A stretch of 41,144 nucleotides of DNA from Octopus bimaculoides. Taxonomy: Eukaryota. The notes under the pieces were generated by a model that was given only the letters and a program-made list of their open reading frames with translations, did not search any database and was not told where the DNA came from. Positions 24,706 through 36,552 of this stretch are shown one piece after another (within the stretch, counting starts at the first letter, position 1; every line of letters begins with the position of its first letter). The DNA is taken from the NCBI RefSeq assembly GCF_001194135.2, contig NC_068987.1, forward strand, positions 77,752,751 to 77,793,894. The letters are read 5' to 3'. Made by a program: the position numbers and the translations under genes.

Positions 24706-25224
24706 TCATGATGTTTGTATGACAAGACACAAACCCAAATATTTTTGTATGCACAGTTCAGTTACAACTGCATCACGCGTCGATGTCCAATAAATTCCTT
24801 GTTGTTTCTTCATGTTTCTGTCGATGAGATTAATGTTCGTTATTTCCTTTGCAAACTTTGATGAATAACATTCATGTTTGCAATACTTTTCTATTTTGAT
24901 TAATTTGCAGTTTGTTAAATTAATGAAGTATATTTAAGACGGTCCTCGATTTCACGATGCAATTATCAAATATTTGTCACTACTTCGTTCCATATAGAGA
25001 GACAATTCTCAAAACACCAATACAAACATACAATGTAATATTTAGAACAACCTTCATACGATTTGTATATATTTGTATGTTGTTTTCAATAACAACGAGC
25101 TGGTCTGTACGCAGTTGCTAGGTCTGCCAGAAATAACAACCAAATCTCTTTCTAATCATAGCGAACGAAGAATAATGTTGTCGTAGATATAAAAAAAATA
25201 GCTATGGTGTTATAGTTTGGAACA

Positions 25225-25317
25225 TGGGTAAGCAGCTCACTTTGCAACCACGTGGTGTCAGGTTCAGTTCTACTGCACGGTATTTTGAGCGAGTGTTTTC
25301 TACTATAGCTCCGGGCT
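25225..25317 (+). mobile_element. 5' fragment of a family C SINE
   Basis: ggtaagcagctcactttgcaaccacgtgg...ggttcagttctactgc...ttctactatagctccggg. Confidence 0.75.
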
Positions 25318-25364
25318 AACGATTCTGGTAGCTCGCCACCTTCGTAATAATTATAATTATTTCA

Positions 25365-25793
25365 AATATTTTCCACAAGGACTGCCATTTTGAGGGAGGG
25401 GACCAGTCGATTACATCAACCCCCAGTGTTCAACTGGTACTTAATTTATAGACCCCCAGAAGGATGAAAGGCAAAGTCGACCTCCGCAGAATTTGAACGC
25501 AGACCGTAAAGACAGACGAAATACCGCTAAGCATTTCGCCCGGCGTGCTAACGTTTCTTATTTCTTTATTACCCCTCAAGGGGCTAAACATAGAGGGTAC
25601 ATACAAGGACAGACTGAGGGATTAAGTCGAATACATCGACCCCAGTGCGTAACTGGTATTTAATTTATCGACCCCGAAAGGATGAATGGCAAAGTCGACC
25701 TCGGCGGAATTTGAACTCAGACCGTAAGGACAGACGAAAGCATTTCGAAAGCATTTCGACCGGCGTGCTAACGTTTCTGTCAGCTCGCGGCCT
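25365..25793 (-). mobile_element. Two-module family B SINE
   Basis: Two tandem cores (about 25400-25555 and 25620-25793) joined by the linker cccctcaaggggctaaacatagagggtac. Confidence 0.93.
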
Positions 25794-25994
25794 TTTAATA
25801 ATATTTAATAATAAAAATATATGAATTTTATTTTTGCACATCGAATGGCTGAGGGTTCACCCGAGTAAAACAGGAACCAAAGGGATCGATAGGTGAAAAA
25901 TATGGTCGGGAATCATTGATGTGGAACAAGTCCCAACTGCTGTATTATTGATTGAAATGATCTTACAGGTTACAACAAGGACAACGAACATTGA

Positions 25995-26107
25995 CGACAA
26001 CGACGACGACGACGACGATAAAGATGACGACGACGATGATGATGATAATGATGATGTTAATGATGATGATAATGATGATGATGATGATGATGGTGACGAT
26101 GATGATA

Positions 26108-26138
<31 letters not shown>

Positions 26139-26306
26139 CGATGATGATGATAATGATGATGTTAATGATGATGATGATGATGATGATGACGATGATGATG
26201 ATAATGATGATGTTAATGAGGATAATGATGATGATGAGGGTGATGAGGATGATATTGATGACGATGATGATGATAATGATGATGTTAATGATGATGATGA
26301 TGAGGG

Positions 26307-26386
<80 letters not shown>

Positions 26387-26625
26387 CTGATAATGATGGT
26401 GCTGATGAGAATTCGAAACTGTTGCTACTAGCACTTTCAATAAAGGTTGACTATGAGGACGAGCAAGACGATAATGATGAAAATGATACGGACATTCGTG
26501 GTGATGATAACGATGATGAGGTTGCTGGCAATGCAGCTGATAATGATGTTGTAATTATGAGGATGATGAAATGGAGATGGTGAAGATAATGATGAAGATG
26601 ACAATGACGGTAACTATTACTAATG
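25995..26625. repeat. Long imperfect (GAT)n/(GAC)n tract
   Basis: Seen directly; source of the poly-Asp and poly-Met ORFs. Confidence 0.95.
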
Positions 26626-26633
26626 TAATATCT

Positions 26634-26852
26634 AAGGCAGCGAGCTGGCAGAAATGGTAGCACGCCGGGCGAAATGCTTAACTGTATTTCGTCTGCCATT
26701 ACGTTCTGAGTTCAAATTCGGCCGAGGCCTACTTTGCTTTATTTTTCATCCTTTCGGGGTCAATAAAGTAAGTACCAGTGAAACACTGGGGTCGTTGTAA
26801 TTGACTAGACTACTCCCCCACAATTTCAGGCCTTGTTCCTATAGTAGAAAAG

Positions 26853-26882
<30 letters not shown>
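26634..26882 (+). mobile_element. SINE family B with (ATT)n tail
   Basis: Head aaggcagcgagctggc, core, and tail cctatagtagaaaag(att)n. Confidence 0.93.
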
Positions 26883-26884
<2 letters not shown>

Positions 26885-27330
26885 GATGATGATGCTGTTT
26901 ATGGTGATGAATATTGTTTAAATGATCATGATGATGGTGGTGGTGACAATGATGATGATGATGATGATGATGGTGGTGGTGACAATGATGATGATGATGA
27001 TGATGATGGTGGTGGTGACAATGATGATGATGATGATGATGATGATCACGACAGTAGTGGTGGTGGTGATGATGCTGATGACGACGACACCGGCGATGAG
27101 CCGCCGACGTCGACGCTGATGTCGACGATAATGCTGAACGATAACGATGGTGAGGATGAGGATGCAAGAGGCGGGACTGGCAGTCGTAGTCATGTTGATG
27201 ACAAACATGAACGATGACAACGATAGTAATGATGACGACGTCGTCTATGGCGATGAATAATGATTATGATGACGAATGGTGATAGTGATGTTGTATCTGA
27301 TAGTGATGTTGTATCTGACAGTAATGCAGG
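26883..27330. repeat. (GAT)/(GGT)/(GAC) tract with about three 36-nt units and an 18-nt duplication
   Basis: (atg)n-gtggtggtgaca repeated at 26925-27020; gatagtgatgttgtatct twice at about 27280-27316. Confidence 0.9.
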
Positions 27331-27558
27331 AACGAATAACATTAAGTCGATTATCTACCATTTTTGCTTAAATTTTATTGTTTTTACCCCTTCACCGCCA
27401 CCATTTTCTGTCGCCCTTTTCTTTTCGTTCTTACCCAGTTCCTGTGTTTATACCCCGAGATACATCTTTATTCATGAAATTCCTCCGTTGAATAAAATTT
27501 TTGCAGTTTTACCTGAAGTGTAAATTCACAAATTCACTACTCACTACCAATATCTTTC

Positions 27559-28215
27559 ATACATACATACATACATGCATGCATGCATGCATATATACAT
27601 ACATACATACATACACACATATATGCATATAAATATATATATATATACATATAAATATATATATATATACATATACATACATATATGTACATATATATAT
27701 ATATGTGTGTGTGTGTGTATATGTATGCGTGTATACATGTATACATATAAGTATATATATATATATATATATATATACANNNNNNNNNNNNNNNNNNNNN
27801 NNNNNNNNNNNNNNNNNNNNNNNNNNNNNNNNNNNNNNNNNNNNNNNNNNNNNNNNNNNNNNNNNNNNNNNNNNNNNNNNNNNNNNNNNNNNNNNNNNNN
27901 NNNNNNNNNNNNNNNNNNNNNNNNNNNNNNNNNNNNNNNNNNNNNNNNNNNNNNNNNNNNNNNNNNNNNNNNNNNNNNNNNNNNNNNNNNNNNNNNNNNN
28001 NNNNNNNNNNNNNNNNNNNNNNNNNNNNNNNNNNNNNNNNNNNNNNNNNNNNNNNNNNNNNNNNNNNNNNNNNNNNNNNNNNNNNNNNNNNNNNNNNNNN
28101 NNNNNNNNNNNNNNNNNNNNNNNNNNNNNNNNNNNNNNNNNNNNNNNNNNNNNNNNNNNNNNNNNNNNNNNNNNNNNNNNNNNNNATACATATACGTATA
28201 CATATATGTATATGT
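27559..28215. repeat. TACA/TA low-complexity tract around gap 27780-28185
   Basis: Seen directly in sequence. Confidence 0.9.
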
Positions 28216-28699
28216 ACACTGTCAAACGCTTGTATGTCAATATATAGGTTTTACTTTGCCATTTTTTCCCCATTGTTTTCTTTAGTTCTTTTTGCTTTGT
28301 ATTCATAGCTTTCCTTTTAGTTTCGTTCATTTTTTTGTTTATTTACTATTCTCTTGCTTTGATTTCAAAATGTTTGTTTTGTGGATGCGCTCGCTCGCGT
28401 ACGCGCGCGCGTGTGTACGCTTAGTTGCTTGTTTGCTTGGGCTTACTTTTACAGTTTGTCAATTAATATAGCCTGCAACTATACCACATCGTTGTTTGTT
28501 CCACTTCAGCTTGGCTCCAACTCCAACTATTTTTACTGTTTTAATGCTTGGTTGTTTTTGCTGTGTCGTAGTTTTCCTCTCAAATCATCAAGGTTTAATC
28601 TACTTAAGTTGGTTTAGTTTTCCAAACTATTTTCCATCAAAACTCTCTCTTCTGCTCATTGTAATATAGGCTTTACTTTCTTTCTCACTCATTGATATC

Positions 28700-28750
28700 A
28701 TTGGGTTTATTATCATTATTATCATCATCATCATCATTATTATTATTATT

Positions 28751-28800
<50 letters not shown>
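28700..28800. repeat. (ATC)n(ATT)n microsatellite
   Basis: Seen directly in sequence. Confidence 0.9.
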
Positions 28801-29024
28801 AAAAAAATTATTCGATGTTGTTTCACATTGGTGGTTCGTTGTTTCGAAACTAACTTAACAAATTAAAACAGCATTCTTCCTCACCACAAAGAAAAACAAA
28901 ACCTCCAAATAAACTTTATCTATTACCGTGCCTGTAAGTCTTATTTACTGTCTGCAAGGTGTAACACGAAAGAATATAAATAAAAATCTTACATACATAC
29001 ATACGTACAAACATACATATACGC

Positions 29025-29331
29025 GTTGTTGTTGTTGTTGTTAGCACTCCGTCGCTTGCGACGTCGAGGGTTCCAGTTGATCCGATCAACGGAACAGCGT
29101 GCTCGTGAAATTAACGTGCAAGTAGCTGAGCACTCCACAGACACGTGTACCCTTAACGTAGTTCTCGGGGATATTCAGCGTGACACAGTGTGACAAGGCT
29201 GACCCTTTGAATTACAGGCACAACAAAAACAGGAAGTAAGAGTGAGAGAAAGTTGTGGTGAAAAAGTACAACAAGGTTCGCCACCATCCCCTTCTGGAGC
29301 TTCGTGGAGCTTTAGCTCAATAAACACTCAC
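29025..29331 (-). mobile_element. SINE family A, head lost in gap 29332-30330
   Basis: (gtt)n tail and A body; small deletion before ctcaataaac. Confidence 0.95.
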
Positions 29332-30330
29332 NNNNNNNNNNNNNNNNNNNNNNNNNNNNNNNNNNNNNNNNNNNNNNNNNNNNNNNNNNNNNNNNNNNNN
29401 NNNNNNNNNNNNNNNNNNNNNNNNNNNNNNNNNNNNNNNNNNNNNNNNNNNNNNNNNNNNNNNNNNNNNNNNNNNNNNNNNNNNNNNNNNNNNNNNNNNN
29501 NNNNNNNNNNNNNNNNNNNNNNNNNNNNNNNNNNNNNNNNNNNNNNNNNNNNNNNNNNNNNNNNNNNNNNNNNNNNNNNNNNNNNNNNNNNNNNNNNNNN
29601 NNNNNNNNNNNNNNNNNNNNNNNNNNNNNNNNNNNNNNNNNNNNNNNNNNNNNNNNNNNNNNNNNNNNNNNNNNNNNNNNNNNNNNNNNNNNNNNNNNNN
29701 NNNNNNNNNNNNNNNNNNNNNNNNNNNNNNNNNNNNNNNNNNNNNNNNNNNNNNNNNNNNNNNNNNNNNNNNNNNNNNNNNNNNNNNNNNNNNNNNNNNN
29801 NNNNNNNNNNNNNNNNNNNNNNNNNNNNNNNNNNNNNNNNNNNNNNNNNNNNNNNNNNNNNNNNNNNNNNNNNNNNNNNNNNNNNNNNNNNNNNNNNNNN
29901 NNNNNNNNNNNNNNNNNNNNNNNNNNNNNNNNNNNNNNNNNNNNNNNNNNNNNNNNNNNNNNNNNNNNNNNNNNNNNNNNNNNNNNNNNNNNNNNNNNNN
30001 NNNNNNNNNNNNNNNNNNNNNNNNNNNNNNNNNNNNNNNNNNNNNNNNNNNNNNNNNNNNNNNNNNNNNNNNNNNNNNNNNNNNNNNNNNNNNNNNNNNN
30101 NNNNNNNNNNNNNNNNNNNNNNNNNNNNNNNNNNNNNNNNNNNNNNNNNNNNNNNNNNNNNNNNNNNNNNNNNNNNNNNNNNNNNNNNNNNNNNNNNNNN
30201 NNNNNNNNNNNNNNNNNNNNNNNNNNNNNNNNNNNNNNNNNNNNNNNNNNNNNNNNNNNNNNNNNNNNNNNNNNNNNNNNNNNNNNNNNNNNNNNNNNNN
30301 NNNNNNNNNNNNNNNNNNNNNNNNNNNNNN

Positions 30331-30367
<37 letters not shown>

Positions 30368-30572
30368 TGTGTGTCTCTTTTTGTCCCGCCATCATCACTT
30401 GACAACCGATGCTGGTGTGTTTATATCCCTGCAGCCTAGCAGTTAGGTAAAAGAGACCGATAGGATAAGTACTAGGCTTACAAAGAATAAGTCCTGCGAT
30501 CGATTTGTTCGACTACAGGCGGTGATCCAACATAGCCGCAGTCAAATGACTGAAACCAATAAAAGAATAAAA
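30331..30572 (+). mobile_element. 3' half of a family C SINE
   Basis: (TA)n then catcacttgacaaccgatgctgg...caaatgactgaaacc. Confidence 0.9.
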
Positions 30573-30579
30573 TAATATG

Positions 30580-30641
<62 letters not shown>

Positions 30642-30689
30642 ATCTTAATGCTTTAAATTAGTAGCGTTAATCCTACTTCTGTCTTTTCT

Positions 30690-31086
30690 CTTTTACTTGC
30701 TTCAGTCGTTGGATTGCAACCATCCTGGGGCATCGCCTTGAAGAGTTTAGTTGAACAATTTAACCCTAGTACTTGTTTTTAAGTTTGGAACTTATCCTCT
30801 TGGTTTCTGTGGCCAAACGTCTATATTACGAGAATACATACAAACCAAACCGGTTGCCAAGCGGTGATGGTGGAAAAACAACATAATAATACACGCATAT
30901 ACACATACACACACACAACTATATGTATACATGACAGGCTTCTGCTCATTTTCCGTCTACCAAATTCCCTCATAAAGCACTGGTATGTTTGGGTCTATAG
31001 TAGAAGAATGTATTGCGCAGTGGGACCGAACTCGAAACAACGTGGTTGCAAAACGAGCTTCTTAACTATACAGCCATGCCTGCAAC
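30690..31086 (-). mobile_element. Older family C-like SINE
   Basis: Minus strand gcaggcatggctgtatagttaagaagctcg...gggaatttggtagacggaaaatgagc and a C-like tail. Confidence 0.75.
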
Positions 31087-31119
31087 TTTAATTTATATAT
31101 GAGAATTGCAAAAAATATG

Positions 31120-31531
31120 AGATGCTATGATTCAGTACGATCACCTGACCAGACATCGGAAACCGGACATTGTTGAGGTGAATAAAAAGAAAGAACATGC
31201 ATGATAATCGACATAGCATGTCCCGGTGACAACAGGATCAAAGAGAAAGAAGAAGAAAAAATAAACAACTATAACGATTTGAAATACGAAGGTTGTGGTC
31301 AATGAGGAGAGTAGACTTAATACCAATAGTAATTGGCGCACTTAGAAGTATCAGCACTCAGCTATCAACATGGCTCTAAAAGATTGAGACAAGTGTGAAG
31401 GTAGGACACCAACAAAATTCAGCATTGCCTGAAGCATGACCAGTAAACAAGTGTATGCTAACTGTGGACAGCTGACACTTTCCATCATACGCAGCAAAAT
31501 AAGCTGTGAGTTTTCATCAAATAATAATAAT
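31120..31531 (+). pseudogene. R4/Dong-like RLE domain and 3' end with (AAT)n tail
   Basis: Frameshifted HRKPDIVEV, CMIIDIACPGD..IKEKEEEKI..Y.DLKYE, RLWSM..V.LIPIVIGAL: PD-(D/E)xK RLE signature. Confidence 0.88.
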
Positions 31532-31854
31532 TATTTATTTATTTACGCGCCCTTTTAAAGCCTAGCCAGACTCATGGGCCCGGTTTCCCGGTTTCTATGG
31601 CGTATGTCCCCCCCCCCCACCAGCTGGACGAGACGCCAGTCCATCGCAGCTTTACTCAAGAAACAAGAAGAAAGAGTGAGAGAAAGTTGTGGCGAAAGAG
31701 TACAATAGAGGTCGCCACCACCCCCTGCCGGAGCTTCGTGGAACTTTAGGTGTTTTCGCTCAATAAACAAACACAATGCCCGGTCTGGGAATCGAAACCG
31801 CGATCCTCCGACCGCAAGTCCGTTGCCCTAACTACTGGGCCATTGCACCTCCAC
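31532..31854 (-). mobile_element. SINE family A, alternative-tail variant, TSD aaataataataat
   Basis: TSD at 31519-31531 and 31855-31867; same non-standard tail as 2838-3138, ending in (TAAA)n. Confidence 0.95.
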
Positions 31855-31869
31855 AAATAATAATAATAA

Positions 31870-32050
31870 TTGTTTCAAATTTTGGCAATTTCAGAGGAGG
31901 GTGTTAGTCGATTACTGATAGATATTTTATCAATCCTTCTCAACTGGTACTTATTTTATTAACCCTAGGATGAAAAGTAAAATAGACTTCGGTAGCATTT
32001 GAACTTAGAACGTAAATAGCTGGAAGAAATGCCTCTACACATTTTATGCG
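31870..32050 (-). mobile_element. Degenerate family B SINE
   Basis: tagtcgattac...caactggtacttattttatt...catttgaacttagaacgtaa. Confidence 0.7.
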
Positions 32051-32281
32051 ACTCTGAGATCAAGCAAACTCTCTGAGTTTCATATAACGAAAGATTTACA
32101 ATAAGGTCAATTGCCAACGATCAGTATTCTATATACGGATGAACATTTCCTGTACTTAGTCCGAATTCGTAAACCATTGATTGAACATCTTGTCATTAAT
32201 AATTTTCGGAGAAAATGGACAATCTGAGATTATGAGCGAACAGCGAAATTAAGAAAGGTAAAATTTTACACATAAATCAAA

Positions 32282-33010
32282 CAGGGTGTTCGGGCTGAAT
32301 TCGACAGTTTGTACAACAGAAAAATAAAACACAAACCCTATCCAGAAGTAAAAGTATTTTTTAAAAAATAATTAAAAAATACATCAACTAGGTTGTGAGG
32401 TGACAGTTTACTCAAATTAACCGTTCTTAGCTTCCACCACGGCCTCAAGACAGCCCCGGAATCTGGCGCATGCGTTCTTCACTGTCTTCGGGAAGTTCTT
32501 CGAACATTTCCTCGATCTTGGCCACCAGGTCGGCCTTGGTGTTGCAGGTAGAGTGGTTAGTGTCTTTCTCAACCACGCCCTTCACATAGTAATCCATGGA
32601 TTTACAAGCGGGGGAATTAGGCCGCCAGAAATTGGGGTTGGAGAAGTCAGAAATTCCCCGACAATCACTTCTGGCCCTTTCTAGAGGCACGACATGGAGC
32701 CGAATCCTGCTGGCCCATATATGACCTTCCAACAGCAACTCTCTCAAGCCAGGAGTTGACCCCAGTCTCCAACAGTTTTACATAGGAACCTGGATTTAGT
32801 CTAAGGCCCTGTGCACCAGTTATTGGATGAATTCTGGCATGCAGACACAGTCAGAACACTTGCTGTGTCCCTTGCTGCTGGCCATGGCATCGTAGTCTCT
32901 GTTGCAGATGTCCATGTCACGTCTTGTAGCCTTTTCAGTGTTCCCAGAACACCAAGCAGCTGCCACGATGTCAGCATTTTAATACCCGATGCGAATCATC
33001 ATAATACAGC
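32282..33010 (-). mobile_element. Internally deleted Tc1/mariner-superfamily transposon (maT/DD37D-like)
   Basis: Minus-strand GLRLNPGSYVKLLE..WLERVAVGRSY.GQQDSAPC, FWRPNSPACKSMDYYV (WPPxSPDxNPxDY), NTKADLVAKIEEMF. TIR-like cagggtgttcgggctgaattcgacag at 32282. Confidence 0.85.
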
Positions 33011-33172
33011 TAACCATTTTTCAATATTCCGATGGCTTCCAGTCGTTCGTGTCAGCTAACTTTTTCTCTACTACAACTGTAATGTTTATGCTCTCCAACG
33101 CCGTTGAATGTTTACCAATGCTCCAAACCGTTCCTGAAAACAGGAACATATACTCCTTGTATATATGCATTG

Positions 33173-33186
33173 TACACACACACACA

Positions 33187-33228
<42 letters not shown>

Positions 33229-33455
33229 NNNNNNNNNNNNNNNNNNNNNNNNNNNNNNNNNNNNNNNNNNNNNNNNNNNNNNNNNNNNNNNNNNNNNNNN
33301 NNNNNNNNNNNNNNNNNNNNNNNNNNNNNNNNNNNNNNNNNNNNNNNNNNNNNNNNNNNNNNNNNNNNNNNNNNNNNNNNNNNNNNNNNNNNNNNNNNNN
33401 NNNNNNNNNNNNNNNNNNNNNNNNNNNNNNNNNNNNNNNNNNNNNATATATACAC
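33173..33455. repeat. (CA)n leading into gap 33229-33445
   Basis: Seen directly in sequence. Confidence 0.95.
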
Positions 33456-33823
33456 ATGCGTAAAGTGTGAGTGACAATTAGATAGATAGAATGACAGAAA
33501 GAAAGAAAGAAAGAGAGGGACAGACAGATAGACAGAGAGTGGGGTTAGAGAAACAGATAACCCTGATTGAAGTATCCATTGGTGTAATTAAGTCCTTTTC
33601 GAACTGTAACCCGTAGGCCTGCGATGATTCGAAATGAAAATTGTTGTTAGTAACAAGTGATCGTTATTGAAATTTTGGAATGCAATAATTTAACCGGAGA
33701 AATTCTATTGCATGACGTACTTAATATACATAGTAGACGACACACATATTCATATTGATGAGAAGTTGTAGGAGCATCATTAAACTAGGTTAACAGTGAG
33801 ATGATCAGAAAATGCTTATGCCA

Positions 33824-34034
33824 GGCGGCGAGCAGACAGAAACGTTAGCACACCGAGCGAAATGCTTAGCGGTACTTCGTCTGTCTTTATGTTCTGATTT
33901 CAAATTCCGCTGAGGTCGACTTTGCCTTTCATCCTTTCGAGGTCGGTAAATTAAGTCGATTTGCTCGACTAAAGGCGGTGCTTCAGCATTGCCGCAATCA
34001 AATGACTGAAACAAGTAAAAGAATTAAAAAAAAA
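33824..34034 (+). mobile_element. Chimeric SINE: B head and core joined to a C tail
   Basis: ggcggcgagcagacagaaacgttagc...cctttcgaggtcggtaaattaag then gtcgatttgctcgactaaaggcggtgc...caaatgactgaaacaagtaaaag. Confidence 0.9.
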
Positions 34035-34469
34035 AGACAGTCGTACGAACATTAAAACTTTCTTTTGTTATATTCATATTAAAGAAAATACCAAAATTAC
34101 CATAAATTTCTAACGGTACCAACTCCACAGAAAGCTGCTCAATTTTGTTCAAATGACAATCTTCTCAAAGACAGTTGGACGCAGGAGGTAACTGAATAAC
34201 AACTTATATTGTTTTCAGACAACTCATATCGGTATTAGCATGAGTAGAAGGATAAAAACGGATACAAATATTCGCTAAATGATATCATTCTTTCAAACTC
34301 TATGCGCATTTATTAAAGAATCGAAATAATACTAATAAACTAATTGGTTCCTAACTAATTGGTAAATTATGAAAAGACTACCGACACCTAATCGGTCGGA
34401 GATAATGAATGCTTGGTCAGCAGTATGTTTACTATTACTGTTTTTTCTTTCTTTTTACATATATGTATA

Positions 34470-34684
34470 CGAGTGTGTGTGTGTGTATATATATAAATAA
34501 ATATATNNNNNNNNNNNNNNNNNNNNNNNNNNNNNNNNNNNNNNNNNNNNNNNNNNNNNNNNNNNNNNNNNNNNNNNNNNNNNNNNNNNNNNNNNNNNNN
34601 NNNNNNNNNNNNNNNNNNNNNNNNNNNNNNNNNNNNNNNNNNNNNNTATATATATATATATATATATAATAATAATATATATAC

Positions 34685-34723
<39 letters not shown>

Positions 34724-34755
34724 CGCACACGTTTATGTATACACACACACACAAT
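34470..34755. repeat. (TG)n(TA)n around gap 34507-34646
   Basis: Seen directly in sequence. Confidence 0.9.
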
Positions 34756-35012
34756 ATGTGCATATGTGATTAGAAACGGCTATTGTTCATTCGTCTTGGT
34801 GACGTTTAATGAGATGAAGTCTATAGTTTGCCAAACCCATCGGTCACATGAATATACTTGAGTGCTAATATTTTGATATTGAAATAACTTTCTAACGCAG
34901 ATAATTGTCATCCATCTTGTCACTTTTTTTTTTCCAATGATTTATCAGTGTTTTAATTGTATACAAATTGTCTTCTATTTGTAAAGGTAGTCGCTTGCTG
35001 ACTCCAACAATA

Positions 35013-35177
35013 CTCTTCTTCTTCTTCTTCTTCTTCTTCTTCTTCTTCTTCTTCTTCTTTTTCTTCTTCTTCTTCTTCTTCTTCTTCTTCTTCTTCTTCT
35101 TCTTCTTCTTCTTCTTCTTCTTCTTCTTCTTCTTCTTCTTCTTCTTCTTCTTCTTCTTCTTCTTCTTCTTCTTCTTC
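35013..35177. repeat. (CTT)n microsatellite, about 54 units
   Basis: Seen directly; source of the poly-K/R/F ORFs. Confidence 0.98.
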
Positions 35178-36091
35178 CCATCCATTCCTTTATTAGATGT
35201 CTTACTGCCACTATATACAGCTTACTTGCTATTATATAAAGTTACTAATTAAAATATTACTTTAGGCATTTTTCATTTAAAAATCGTATTCGCTTATTAT
35301 TTCTCCGTTATTATTTGTTGATATCGTTGTTGAGAGCAGATCCACACAGATTTCATTTCAACCGTCATTGCCACATTTCTTTCTCTTTTTCTTCTTTCCC
35401 CTCTTTCTTTGTTTCCTTATACCTTCCTTTCTTTCTTCCCCTCCCTTGTCTCAACTTCTCCCCATAACCGAAAGTTTATATGTATAGTAGCTGTTTACAC
35501 ATATTATCTTCACTTACAACCATTTTCTCCAATCAATTTTAGCAATTACTGGTCATGCTACATTCTGTTACTCAGTAACAAATGTCTTATTTCTAAAGGC
35601 TTTATCAGAATAGAAAAAAACGGCAACGGAAACAACAAAGAAAATTTGCTGAAATATGTACGTACAGTTAGTAACAAACATCCCTTGCAATCTTTATCCC
35701 AATACCATGCGATAAACATTGCGATCACTCATTTCGTCAATATTTTGCCATAATCAGTCTAGGCATTTTTGTAACAATTCTTATTTTTAAAAATAAAATT
35801 TGAAATTTTATCATTTTACTTATTAACAATGTAAAATCAAATTAGAAAACATTAATTTAAATATGACGACGGAAACCTCGTGTTGAATAAAAGCATAAAA
35901 CATATGAAGGAATTTCAAATTAATAATGTTTTATTTTTACTGCGTATTACATTATACTATTCTGCTGGTTAAATGGAAGTTGTGATTTGCATGTTTTCCC
36001 AAAGTAATAAGCTTTTTGATTGACACCAATTTGCATGTACGGAGGATTGAAACCGTGACACGGGAGAGTTTTCGAATTTTTAGATCGACAA

Positions 36092-36285
36092 ATAGGCGCA
36101 GGAGTGGCTGTGTGATAAGCATAGGCGCAGAAGTGGCTGTGTGGTAAGTAGCTTGCTTACCAACCACATGGTTTCGGGTTCATTCCCACTGCGTGGCACC
36201 TTGGGCAAGTGTCTTCTACTATAGCCTCGGACCGACCAAAGATTTGTGAGTGGATTTGGTAGACGGAAACTGAAAGAAGCCCGTC

Positions 36286-36337
<52 letters not shown>

Positions 36338-36552
36338 ATATGTTTGTGCGTCTGTGTCCCCCCCAACATCGCTTGATAACCGATGGTGGTGTGTTTATGT
36401 CTCCGTAACTTAGCGGTTCGGCAAAAAAACCCCCCGATAGAATAAGTACTAGGATTACAAAGAATAAGTCCTGGGGGCGATTTGCTCGACTAAAGGCGGT
36501 GCTCCAGCATGGCCGCAGTCAAATGGCTGAAACAAGTAAAGAGAGTAAAGAG
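36092..36552 (+). mobile_element. SINE family C, full length, with duplicated 29-bp head
   Basis: ataggcgcaggagtggctgtgtgataagc followed by ataggcgcagaagtggctgtgtggtaagt; internal (TA)n; C tail. Confidence 0.95.

Noticed and set aside
26402-26425. CTGATGA-gaattc-GAAAC, a hammerhead core look-alike
   Set aside because: No pairable stem I or stem III, and CTGATGA arises trivially within (GAT)n.
25921-26583. 220-aa poly-Asp ORF resembling molluscan acidic shell proteins (Aspein/Asprich type)
   Set aside because: It starts at GTG and is almost all GAT codons. No single substitution of GAT creates a stop, so an open frame is expected for a decaying (GAT)n tract, and the poly-Met frame is open too.
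26826-27220. Poly-His/Cys ORFs suggesting a metal-binding protein
   Set aside because: They are the antisense reading of a (GAT)/(GGT) microsatellite next to a SINE tail; no non-repetitive domain.
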